DNA of 45,749 bases, the filler included, from Jimgerdemannia flammicorona (lineage: Eukaryota), in the NCBI GenBank assembly GCA_003990765.1. It is 2 parts of 2 records of this genome, joined end to end, with 100 filler letters (N's around TTAATTAATTAA, not from the genome) between each part and the next. Parts side by side here need not be neighbours in the genome. Positions count along the whole stretch, not along the records: positions 1 to 22,825 come from RBNJ01001198.1; 1 more part is not named here. The stretch is one strand, 5' to 3'. Both the position numbers and the translations under genes were made by a program. The notes under the pieces are model-generated. The model did no database searches and was not told the DNA's origin. It saw only the letters and a program-made list of their open reading frames with translations. Below, piece by piece: positions 1 through 11,935 of the stretch; the first letter of the stretch is position 1; each line of letters starts with the position of its first letter.

Positions 1-60
<60 letters not shown>
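1..60 (+). repeat. poly(A) tract at the window edge, probably a retroelement tail
   Basis: 60 consecutive A. Further A-tails follow at 234-261 and 689-702. Confidence 0.6.
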
Positions 61-61
<1 letters not shown>

Positions 62-96
62 AGAAAGATAGATAAGACAGTAGAAGTTATGATCAG

Positions 97-230
97 GTGG
101 TTGGATTGTCCTTCAGCAGAGAGAGATAGAGAGTGAGGAGAGGGATCTGAGGGGTATAGGCTGAAGAGTTGTGGATGCATATGTATTAATATTTATAGAT
201 TGAGTAGTAATAAATAAAAGTCTGAGTGAC

Positions 231-261
<31 letters not shown>
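97..261 (+). mobile_element. 5'-truncated LINE insertion (3' end plus poly(A) only)
   Basis: Ends AGTCTGAGTGACTATA-(A)n, matching the 3' end of the LINE at 10211-10265 on the minus strand (AGTCTGAGTGATTATA-(A)n). Flanked by the perfect 16-bp direct repeat TAGAAGTTATGATCAG at 81-96 and 262-277. Confidence 0.8.
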
Positions 262-1570
262 TAGAAGTTATGATCAGAGATTAGTAAGAGTAAAAGGAGA
301 TATATAGAGTAGTGTAAAGTGTAAAAATAATTTTTAGTATCAGAGTTCTGATAGTATATAATATACTAGAGATAGATATTTGAAAGAAATAGTAGATAAA
401 AATTGAAAAGTTAGTGAATAGATAGAGATAGTTAGTAAGAGAAGTAGTCTAAGAGTAGTAGTATTAAAAGAAGTACAAGAGAGCTAATACTTTGAAAAAG
501 ATACTAAAGTAGTATTGAGGAGTTATAGCTAGTTACTACTTAGAAAAGAGAGAGTCTGATAGAGAAAAGAAATAAGATAGAGTCTTAAAACTCTCTGTCT
601 CTTTTATCTCTAATATAGCTAGCTATTGGTATAGTAGTAGGATACTTTGCTATATATAAATACAGATAGATAGACTTTAGTACTTATGAAAAAAAAAAAA
701 AAGTTTTAATAAATTTCCTAAGTCTAGAGTTATCTATCAGAGAGGTTTTGAGGATAGTTGGTAAGAAAATTGAAGAGACTAAGTCTCTGAAGTTTATTTT
801 ATTAACAGAGACTATGAAAATTTAATTTATAAAAAAGGAGAAAATAATTACTATCTAGATAATTATAGAATATACAGTAAGGCTAATTTAGAAAATATGT
901 GAATACTTATTCTCTTAGAGAATAAGTATTCTTTAAAGAATAGATATTCTTATATAAAATGAGTATTCTATATAGAATAAATATTTCTCCAAAGATCAGT
1001 ATACTCTAATTTGATACTTCTAATTATTTATATAAATTAGTAATATATATATAAATATAGAATAACTATATTAAGTATTCTTTATATATTATCTTACTAT
1101 ATTATAGTATTTGCTCATTATAATAATATTATTATAAATATTATCTTATAGATAGATATTAGAAAAAGTAGTTTAGAAATCATTTTACTATTCTTATTTA
1201 TAAAAATAAAAAAAAATAAAAAAAAAAAAATTAAACTTCAATAATAATTTTTTTTTAATAATATTATTTATATAATAATTTTATCCAAATTATAAATTAA
1301 GAGAAATTTTATTATAAATTATTTATTTTTATTTATTTTTAATTAATCTTCAAAATATAGTAATATAATTATTAACTTAATTTATTAAATTGTTTAATAT
1401 TTATTTTATATTATTTTTAATCTATTAAATATTAGAAATATTTATATTAAGAATATTAAACTATTGTTTATTTAGACAATTTATTATAATATTTATAAAT
1501 AAAATATGTAATAAAATCTAACTTTAAGTAATTATATTATAAAAATATAATTTGATATTATTTCAAATCA
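262..1570. mobile_element. highly degenerate AT-rich repeat relics (unclassified)
   Basis: Essentially no CpG, TA-rich, stop-riddled frames, A-tail at 689-702 and palindromic sub-repeats at 901-990. Confidence 0.45.
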
Positions 1571-3221
1571 GTGGAGTGTGTGGCATTTTTATAAAAAGAA
1601 GATTCAGTACTAATCTTAGGAATCATGAAGTTTGTAATATCTACTATAAGATATTCAGTTGAAATATTGAGTTTGAATATAGTGATATGAAATATATAAG
1701 TCACCTTCTTTCTCTCCCTCCTTACTTCTGATGACAAAGGAGAAGAACATATCTCAAGTCAGAGAGCGCCTACTTAAGGAGTTTGGGCCAGTCAGTCTAG
1801 ATGATTGTTGTCTTCTTCCGTTATGCGTGGCGGCCCTATGCTCGAATACTGAATAGGTGGGCCAACTTTTCCGAAATCGAAGAAAGACTACTCAAGGGGT
1901 TCGAGCAACGCATAATCTCACTCGTAAGCACTTCCTGGCTAAGTGTTATGCATGACGGCGGAGGGTGTTCCATCAATCAGAAACTTCAGGAGGACGGAGT
2001 AGAATGGTTATTTACAATCGAATTTTCCAAGAGCTCCCTAATGTCAAGGCGGTATTTTGATCTTTTGGTCTATGTGGATATCAACTGTCAAGTTGGGTAC
2101 TTACGCAATGGTCGATCTGAAGTCGGATACATGTCGAAGACGGTGTTGTTTTCTTTACAATTTTCGCTCATGGGAAGACGAAAACCAAATGAAATCGAGA
2201 ATTCGGTAACCAAGACAATCAATTGTCCCCAGGCCCACCCTTCCCAAAAAATAAAAACACGATGTCCGCCACTCAAATTACAGCATTATTGCATTCATAA
2301 ATTTCGTAATCCATTTCTTTATTTCGAAACTCGCATGGACCTGAAAGTTTTTCCCGCCGGTGTAAGCAAAGCAGAAGGTTCCCTGGGTACGATTCGTATT
2401 TATTAGTAAGGGAAAGACTTAGTGTGTATCGAAGGCCGAACACACCTGCAAAAACAATATTCAGAATAGGAAGAAAACATTTATAGAAGGAAAGGGAAAA
2501 CACAGATAGCTTTACATAAAAGGGAAAAAAAAAAAAGTGTAATCTGAGAATCGAACCCAATTTGAATTTAGCAAAAGCGCATTCTTATCCAAAATAGTTC
2601 GCAGATGAGTGTGTTTGTAAATATTGTAGATTTAAATGTCCCCGACCATTTGCTCCATCACGTTATTTTATTTTTACATTTCGCACTACTAGATTTGACA
2701 TCGGAAGCGCAAAACATTCTTCCTCCTTTTATATGTTGTGTTTGCATGGCATCTCGTACCTTGTCTCTGTAAAATACAGAAGCCTAAATTCACGTCCCGC
2801 ATCCTCGACAGTCTGAATCCTCCTTGTAGAATGACAGTGCCGACGCGTATGCGGTATTATCCGGTTCAGGGGCGTATATGGGGAGGCTTTATTGCTCATT
2901 TTTTTTGCCTAACAACTCCACCCATTCACAAGTCGAATCGTTTGTTATTTTAGGACTGATACTATATATGTGCTGTTATTTCTTCAAGTCGCCAAATAAA
3001 GGCAACTTTACTTTGAATTATCATCTGTCAATAAAGAGTTTTTTTTTTTTTTTTTTTTTTTGGTTGAAACGAAGTATATACTGCATTCCAGCTTCCATAC
3101 ATAATTTTATTGCCTGTGGTAAGACATGAGCAATGGTATATACATTCAATCAATTTCGCAAACCCTGTCATGTCAACATCTCGTAGTTGATCCACGCAAA
3201 GCATCGGTCTCTATACCGAAA

Positions 3222-6068
3222 TCATTGTAGACCAGTACGTTTCTTGTATTCTTCGATGATAAAGGTAGAGGCGCGCCAAGCAACCATTCCAGTAGGAGCA
3301 TTTAGATTGCCCGAGGGAATTTCGGGGAAGATGGAAGCATCAACGACACGGAGATGTTTTGTCCCGTAGACACGAAGGTGATGGTCCACAACGCCGCCCT
3401 TTTCCCTAGGGGCCATTTTCGTAGTGCCACATGGGTGGAAGGATGTGTAGGTCTTGGAGGGAAGTACGACACCATAATGGAAAAGTGGCGTTAATGGAAT
3501 ACCTCTTAAGGTGGATGGACAGGGACAAAAATTTTGGGCAAAAACTGAAGACGAAACGACCAGAAGGACATACCTTGGCGCGGATGTAATTCTCATATTC
3601 TTCATCCGTCATTTCATTACCGGATTGCCAATGGCCGTATTTGTCCTTGAATCCTAGCTCCTTGGCATTCAAACTTGGGTTCATACTTCTGATCAATTTC
3701 CGGGCGAGCTTGACTGCGCTCATCATGCGGTAGAGATCCGAGGGCTTGTCATAATAATTGACAAAGATTTTGGGCGGGTCAATGGGATTGTCGGATTTAA
3801 GCTCGAGCCATCCGATGCTTTCCGGGATATTGAGGACTGGCGCAAGCGTAAACCCATCACCACTGAACGGTGCCACTTTTGGGTCGGGGGGGTTGGCGAT
3901 TGACTGGTCAAAGATAGATGCCGAGCCTGTGGGCATCGCGGAAGTAATGTGGAATTTTAATATCGCCTTTCAATCTCTTTCTCTATATTACAAATAGACA
4001 GAAATTAAAAAACTTACATGAATGTTGTATATCCGGCTTCTCATTATCGAAATGGGCCTTGTCAGGTATCTTTCCGTGCTCCTCACCTTTGTGGAAGATG
4101 GCAACTTCGGGGCCGTTGCTCCACGCGTGGAGGTCTGTCTGCATGGTTGGCCTATCTATCGAAGCCGTCACTGTGCACAAAGGATGATCCCAAAGGTTTC
4201 GTCCGACCGGAAGGTCGACGAGAACTTCAATGTTGGTTTTTATCTCTGCGTTTTGTAGTTGGGCGGTTGGTCCGATACCCGAGAGCATGAGGATCTGATA
4301 AAAAGTTATGAAGAAATTCAAATGTTCGTAAAATATTTTAATACTGTAACAAGACACGTTATGAACATCACGCTACTTTTGTACATACCTGAGGGGAGTT
4401 AATAGCTCCAGCGGAGAGTAAAAGCTCGCCGTCCGGGTTGAGATGAACCTTATATTTCTCTCCTTGGTAGATGTATTCTACGCCCATTGCGATTGCCTCT
4501 CCATTTGGCCCTTTATTCTTACCCCATAGGATCCTCGTGACCCGCGACTCAGACTTCACGTTGACGCCGTTAAGCACGGCGACATATTTCCCGGATTGCA
4601 AGTCGCCGATTGGCTTGGAATGAGCCTCGATCTTGTTTTTCAACGCGTCGTTAAGATATCCATCAGCAAATGACCAACGGCGACCATCTTTCATGGTGAC
4701 CTTACATAAGTGAATAACACAAGTGAAATTTAGTAAAATGGTAGGAAGATATAATGTTAAATCAGGTACATGGATAGTAGATTAGCTCTCACCTGGTATT
4801 TACCCACACCATTCTGGGTGCTACCATTGAAATCGATGTTTTCGGGAATGTTCAGCTTCTTCGCGGTGTCGATGACATCTTGCATCACCGTATATATTCC
4901 GTTATTACTGTCCTGAACGTGAAGAAGACCGTCGAACCCATGCAAACTCTGGAAAGCAGCATCTGGCTCCGGTCGGGCATTGCTCTCTGTTTCTTTAAAA
5001 GCTGGTATTCCACAGTTAAATTAAAAGTTCGCCCACATTAGTAGATATATCGAAATACAAGAATCAAGTTTGAAGCAGATTAGAATGTTCCAAATACACA
5101 CCCTCGAGACATTTTCCCCAGTTCCAAATTTCATGATACTCCCGGCCTTGAGCTGCCCACTTGTCGTATTCATGGCGTTGGCCACGCCTGGAAAAGGTTC
5201 AACCGTCCGAAAGACCTTGAAGGTTACAATTAGGTCAAACTCAAATCTACAATTAGAATTAATGCACAGAAAACCTACATGTATATCATAGCATTTGTAG
5301 AGCTCGATCCACCCCACACTTTCCCTCTAGGAAAGGCGAACGACGGATTGGTTACAGTCCTATTGGGATCGACGGTGCCTTTCATCTTTTGCACTTGCGT
5401 TCGGTATCCCCAATCGCACCCAGAAGTACCCCAGAGCTAAAGGGGATGTGGCATGCGTAAAGACCCTCAGCTTATGTCATTTTGTCCCCAAACAATAAGA
5501 ACATGAAAGGAAACAAAACGAAAACCAAAACCAAGGAAAATTAATAATAATAATAATAAACTTAGGGGCTTACCGCACTGGCATCAAATGGCGCGTGGAT
5601 TTTATCGTTTATCTGTGCATCACACGGGCCGGCTTCAAGAACAAGAATGCTTATTCTCTTGATTTTCTTGATGAGCTCCCTAGCGAGAACACAGCCTGCC
5701 GTCCCAGCACCAACGATGATGAAGTCGTACGACTCCCCTGGCTCCGATATATTGGCCTTGTCGCGTATGTCGACGTAATTCTTCCAGAACGAGCGTGTTT
5801 CTTCGTCAAGATTCAACAGGGACCCAGCAGTGTCTTGGGTCAATGCTTGAAGCGTCGGCGGAGATCTTTCAGCAGCTTCCTTGGTGGACCGGGCGATGGC
5901 CTGGATGAGTAAATTTCGCGCATGAACGCGAACTACGGCAAGGTTTGGATTGCGAGGATCTAAGTCTTTTTCGTGCTCCTTGATATATTCGAGCGCGAGT
6001 TGGAGTGCACTCTTGGGGTCCTGAGCGTAACGTTCATAGTCATCGAATGAACTGAATTGATTTCCCAT
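3222..6068 (-). CDS. GMC (glucose-methanol-choline) oxidoreductase, His/Asn type, 8 exons, ~706 aa
   Basis: Exons 6068-5574, 5436-5279, 5187-5102, 5001-4793, 4700-4389, 4294-4018, 3926-3574 and 3452-3222 join in frame with GT-AG introns. Motifs: YDFIIVGAGTAG (FAD), RGKVWGGSSSTNAMIYMRG, SAGAINSPQILMLSGIGP, VGRNLWDHP, catalytic HPCGT and GNLNAP, LRVVDAS. Confidence 0.93.
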
Positions 6069-6142
6069 ATTGATGTATGGGGAGGGGTCTTTGGTATTTT
6101 TTTTTGAGACTTCGATGCGTATCGTGGCGTTGGGATATTCCG

Positions 6143-6149
6143 TTATATA
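6143..6149 (-). promoter_or_regulatory. TATA box (TATATAA) of the GMC gene
   Basis: TATATAA on the minus strand ~75 bp upstream of the ATG at 6068. Confidence 0.5.
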
Positions 6150-6450
6150 GGGCAAGGATGGTGCAGCACCCAACAGCAACAGGACTGTTTCCAGGCCCCA
6201 GGTTTCAACATTACTCCATTTCTAACCTGGGACGGTGTATTCAATGTATGGATTGCCAATTGTCCATTGTCCAGGGGTCTAATCTCGGTTAGCCATATGT
6301 CTGTCCCACACTGACTTTACAGAACCAGCACGTGCATAAGATCTCTATATAAATCCAAACCTTGTTTTGCGCATTTGTATACTTTTGTTCTACGTGTGAA
6401 TTTCTTCCATCTGTTTTTTTCCGTGCATGAACCTTTTTGAGCGCGGCGTA

Positions 6451-6557
6451 CTATGGGCCCCAATTCAAATAGGTGTACTTAAACAAGAGGTTGAAATATG
6501 TGACGTTTTTATTATAATTAAAGTTTTGTTTACGTCTATTTGAATTGGGACCCATAG
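6451..6557. mobile_element. MITE-like element (107 bp) with ~22-bp TIRs and TA flanks
   Basis: TACTATGGGCCCCAATTCAAATAG (6449-6472) versus the reverse complement of 6536-6559, TACTATGGGTCCCAATTCAAATAG: 23/24 identical. The outer TA on both sides fits a Tc1/mariner-type TSD. Confidence 0.7.
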
Positions 6558-6906
6558 TATATATATACATGACGCGTAAATTTTACATTATATATAATAT
6601 ATTTTATATATTATATATTATAAACATATGAATTATGCGCGCTTTCTCATTCACATTTTGGGGGGGGTTTATTTCGTGCAGTCAAGTATACAACATAAAT
6701 ACTTTAATAATATATTTGAGTTCATGGTTTATTTGATCCTCTCCACGGCTGAACGGGCTGTGTGCAGTGTCCATCAATTTGGGGTGGCTGATGGGGCGTA
6801 GGTTTCACACACCCCAACGAGAGACAATGTAAACCTGGGTGCGCAAACCAGTGGTAGGAGTATTCCAATGCACCAAAGCGTCACCGGATGACTAAGCTTT
6901 CAATGG

Positions 6907-6989
6907 CGCTTAGGTTTTCATGCACAATGAGAACCGAGTCGCCTAGGTTTATGCACAATGAAGGCCAGCCGCGTAGGTTTTATGCACAA
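6907..6989. repeat. three spaced direct repeats CGCnTAGGTTT(T)(C)ATGCACAA
   Basis: Copies at 6907-6930, 6940-6961 and 6970-6989 with 8-9-bp unique spacers. Partial copy at ~6796-6810. Confidence 0.75.
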
Positions 6990-7265
6990 AAGGTACCTGC
7001 GTGTTGAGCCGGCAACTTTAACCCCCTGACTCCGTAACCAAACAGATGTGGGAGAATTCTAACTCGGAATGTAAACAGGAGTGGGAACGTTGGAATCCTG
7101 CTTCTAGTTACGATGGGACGAGGCTGTGTCCTAATGGCCTGATCCGGTGCTGGCTCATTTCCTGTTTGGGTTACAAGCTCCATTTCCTGTTTGGGAACAG
7201 ATTATCGTCGCATTGCCTGCACCAGTGGCTTAGGCTGATCGAACATATGGGGTGTGCTGCAGGCT

Positions 7266-8220
7266 CAAAGATTTTATTTTTATCTTTTCTTACTTCATAA
7301 CCTTTCAATAATTTGATATCCACCATTAGAATAATTATAGTAAGAAACCAAAAATATAAACTAATGCTCTCTGTTTTTATACTTCTCTAATTTCTCTTTC
7401 CAATTTAATCCTCTGCTTTATTTTATATTCTCAAATAACTTTAGTAAAGTTTTGATCTTTTAAATCACTGATACTAGTTTTTAGATGATAGATATTCAGA
7501 TCTTAGAGATAATAACAAAGATTATAATCAAGAATAATATAAAGTTTATATAAAAGAAGTCTGTTAGTTTTTTTAATAATTATAAAAATATCATTAATAA
7601 AAATATCAAAGTCTGAATAATTCTTCTTTATGTAATTTTATCTACTTAGTATATAGCTTTCTTCTTTATTAGAAGATAGAGTAATTCTTATCAAACAGTA
7701 TCTGAAACTAATAAAATTACAAAAGTTATCAAAAGTTATCTCAAGGTTTCTCTTTTTCTTTAGATTATTAGTAAAGAGAATTTTAGTAATTTTTCATCCT
7801 TTTTAAGAAAAGAAGTAATAATTACTAATTTACTAATTAAATTCTCCTTTAAAGCTAAGAGTAACTCTTTAGTAATAGAAAGTAAAGAAAATTAGTTATA
7901 AAAGTAGATTGATTACTATAATAAGATAAGTTTACTTTTTTAATTTTTCTACTTAATATTTTATTAATAAGTTTTTTAATATTCTTTATTTTATTTAGAT
8001 CATCTTTATTAATATAAAAATATTCTTACTATTACTACTGTAACAGTTTATTATATACTAATAAGTTATTGGAAATTCTAATAGTATTTTTAATGAGTAG
8101 TTATAAATACTACTAATAAGCTACTAAAATTTCCAGTAGAAATTTCAGTGGAAATTCTAATGAAATTTTCAATAAGTAGTCATAAATATTATATATAGTA
8201 TATATAACTATATAGATATA
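7266..8220 (-). mobile_element. decayed copy of a dispersed repeat with coding remnants
   Basis: The reverse complement of 7266-7500 aligns by eye to 22173-22412. No CpG; many G-to-A and C-to-T differences. Confidence 0.6.
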
Positions 8221-8247
8221 TTTAATATATAATGGTTTGATAGGCTA

Positions 8248-8906
8248 CGGGAAATACAGGCAATACAGACAATATAGGTAATATGGGTAATATGGGTAAT
8301 ACGAGTGGGCAAGATGGGCAAGATGGGCAAGATAGGCAAGATAGGCAAGACAGGCAAGATAGGCAAGAAGGCAAGATGGGTGACATGGACAAGACAGGTA
8401 GACAGCAAGACAGGTAACATAGGCAAGATAGCAAGATAGCAAGATGGGTGATATGGGCAAGACGGGTAGATGGCAAGATAGGTGATATAGACAAAATGGG
8501 CAAAATGAGTAACATGGGCAATACAGGCAACATGGGCAACATGGGCAATATGGGCAATATGGGTGGGTAAGATGGGCAAGACAGGTAAGATGGGCAAGAC
8601 AGGCAAGATGAGTAAGACAGGCAAGATAGCAAGATGGCAAGATGGGTGACATGGGCAAAACGGGCAACATGGGCAATACGGGCAACATGGGTAGGCAACA
8701 TAGACAACACAGGCAATACAGGCAATATGGGCAATACAGACAGGCAACATAGACAACATGGGCAATATGGGCAACATGGACAATACAGGCAATACAGGCA
8801 ATACAGGTGGGCAAGATAGGTAAGATGGGTAAGATGGGCAAGATAGGCAAGATAGGCAAGATGGTAAGATGGCAATATAGGTAATATGGGTGGGTAAGAT
8901 GGGCAA
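8248..8906. repeat. 9-bp minisatellite, consensus GGCAAGAYR/GGCAATAYR, with higher-order blocks
   Basis: About 660 bp of GGCAAGATG/GGCAAGACA/GGCAATATG/GGCAACATG units. It explains three overlapping stop-free low-complexity ORFs on the minus strand. Confidence 0.9.
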
Positions 8907-9239
8907 AATAGACTAAATGGACAAGACAGAAGGCACTAATAGGGGTAGGTCAGATATACTAGATGCCAAGTACTTGAGGTGGTTGGGGCTTATAACCCAT
9001 ATCCACTGAGTGGGGCAGGCTAGATAGGAGGATCTAGTTACTCAGGCAGTGAGGTTGCAACTCACATCCTAAAGGTACAAAGCTGAGTAAGTGTAAAGGT
9101 GGGTTGAGATTGGGGTGGAATGGAGCTACTGATGTAATATGAGGATATGTGGCATATTATAGATAGTTAATAAAAAATAAAAAAAATAAAAAAAAATATA
9201 TATATATATATTTAATATATGTAGTATATTTAGACATAG

Positions 9240-10050
9240 CTTCAAATCTATATAACTACTCTCTATACTAAGTATATTATAATCTTAGCTCTACTTTTTC
9301 TTAATATAAAAATAAAGCAATATTCTTATCAAGAATTCTTAGATTTAACTTATTAATAATTCTAAGTCTGATCAACTTGGAATATAAATATAATATATAC
9401 TCTATCAATATAAGAACCTAAAAGTAATACTTAGACTACTCTATTGTAATAGATAATTAAAACTTAGTACTTTCTTACAAGAACTCAAAACTTAGAACTG
9501 ATAGTTATTTTTTTTATCTACAATATATTAATTCTATCAGTATATAGTTTTATTATAATTTGTAGTATGTAACAGAAAGTTACTTTTACCTATAAGTAAG
9601 CTTCTTTTAAAAAATCTTATCTTAAATACAAACAACTCAGTCAATATTACTAACATTATCAATGAAATCAAAAAATATCTTTACCTTAGCTATTCTTTAG
9701 AATTAAGCTAAAAAAGCCAATAAAATTATCACTAAGTAGACTGAGACTCATAAGTTTGGCTATATAAGAAGAATTTAACAGACTTAATAATAAAACTATC
9801 TAAGAAGTATTTAATATATTCATTATACTTAATAAGAAGTTGCCCATACTCAAGGAGTTAGAGAAAAATTTGAATGATTAATTAGTAGCTATTTTTATGA
9901 GAAATATATAAGAGAATCTATTAAAGCTATGAGTGAATATTTTCTGAACTTCTCTCTCAATAATTACTACCACAAAGCCAAGGCCTTTCTGAACTATAAG
10001 AAATATTATATCAATCAAAGAAAATCTCATTTTTATCACTAAGACCTCTC
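9240..10050 (+). pseudogene. unidentified, heavily mutated coding relic (probably transposon-derived)
   Basis: CpG-free sequence with a partly open frame near 9760-10040 (EVAHTQGVREKFE...YYHKAKAFLNYKKY) broken by TAA/TGA. Not assignable. Confidence 0.3.
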
Positions 10051-10207
10051 TATATATATATATATATTATTGTGAATTATATTATATAAGAGTTTTGAAT
10101 TACTATATTTAGTTTTAAATTCAATTTAATTCAAAATTAGTAACAGTAATATTATCTGAAAAATAGAGCTATATATGACTGCTTTTCAGATATAAAAATT
10201 TTAAATT

Positions 10208-10255
<48 letters not shown>

Positions 10256-11935
10256 CACTCAGACTCCTTCCTTTATTAATACACTCTGTCTATCTTCTAA
10301 ATAATATACAGTACCCAACCCTATCTAATTCCCCTAGGGGGGCTCCTCCCCCCTACTCTTACTTGATGAAAGACTATTTTGTCTAACACTATCTCTATCT
10401 GTCCACTACTCTGTTCATAGATCTCTTCTACCAGGCAGTGATGTTTCTCACTCTGGAGTTCCTAACCCACCTACCACCCAGTCAGCAGATCCCCCATCAA
10501 CCCCTCCCACCTTAACAACTTCTTCTGTAAACCCATCTGTTGCCCCTCCTTGAAAACAAAGAGCCAATGTCCAGCCAGACCCACCCACACTACTAAAACT
10601 CACCCTATAATGAGCCAACCATTGTCTATACCACCCACTAGCTGAGATTTCAAATCCTCTCAGTGACCTCTCTCTCTATCTGGCCTCTTCACCACACTCA
10701 GCCAATTTCCTACTACTATTCAAAAGTCCCCCAGAACCTCACACTCTCCTAGCCAATGTTCAGGTATCTGCACAAATCCCCCAACTTGCCCTACATTATA
10801 ACACTCCTCACACTCTAATTGGCCACCTTCCACCAGATGCCCAGCATGGAAATTCAACATGATGTTCCTCTGCAGCATCTGCCACCATATCACCCAGAAC
10901 TTGAGAGAAAGTCACCTCTACACCTCAGCACACTATAACCAGATACCTGCCCAGTTCTACTTCTCACCAATCCTTGCTGCCTGCCAGCCACTCAGCCAAA
11001 GATCCTGGCTAAGACCTTGCTGACACTCCACTCTATCTCCAATATTGAACTCAGTAAGTAGAGTACCCCCCAGAAGCAGTCTGTCCTATTATCACATAGC
11101 TGGACCCTATAGCACCTCCTCTTCATTATCTCATCAGCACAGACCTATCTAGTGCACTCCATCTACCACCCCTCACCAGAAGCTCTTAAACTATAGCCAT
11201 TGACTTCCATTCAGCTCCACCAGAGAGAGCAAATCACCCGAGGACCCTCAAGAGATAGATCTCATCTCCCACACCTTCTACATCAGTGGCACCCAACCTC
11301 TTCCCTACAGTTCAATCGCTCTTTTCAACCACCAGGCTCACAGGCAGTACAATCTCTTAGGGAAATCCATAAGGCCTAATCCTCCCCTAACCACCAGTAT
11401 TGCAAGAGTATCTCAACTGATCTGGGACCTCCTCCCTGCCCAAATCTAATCTCTAGCCATCTTCATCAGCCTCTTCACTACCCAAGCTGGAAAGTCTAAG
11501 TAATAGGCCATGTACCATAGCTTGGGAAACCAGTAGACATTCAGAATTGATACCCACCCTACAAGGGAGATATAATGATCCCCCCAATCTCTAAGGGCCT
11601 CCCCTCAAATAGTCACTCTCCTCTCCCACTACACTCATGGCAAGACAGATCCATATATAGAAAGGAAGATGTCCAGATACCATACCACCTCTCCTGTAGG
11701 GACAATTGTTCTAATAATATCTCCACTCATTAGCCTATTCTCTAGCACTATTGTCTCACACTTATGCTAGTTGAGCTTTACCCCAGAGTGTGCCTCATAC
11801 CATTCCACTGTCTTCTTAAGTATCTCAATGTCTGCCATAGAACCAAGTCTAACTACCATGTCATCTACAAAAGCCCCCACCTTCCACACTATATCATATA
11901 TAGATATCCCTGCTATCTTCTAATAAATTCTATCT

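Noticed and set aside
1801..2406. 201-aa plus-strand ORF
   Set aside because: No recognisable motif and an atypical composition; alternative minus-strand splice models also stop early. It may be a pseudogene scrap, but no call can be supported.
6069..6179. Upstream 37 codons of ORF 5562-6179
   Set aside because: Non-ATG start and it spans the TATA box; treated as promoter/5' UTR.
6907..6989. CRISPR-like repeat-spacer pattern
   Set aside because: Eukaryotic context, only three imperfect repeats, 8-9-bp spacers and no cas genes.
8208..8906. Three 200+-aa minus-strand ORFs (LPILP / CPCCP / AHIAH)
   Set aside because: All three frames are open simply because the 9-bp unit lacks stops on that strand.
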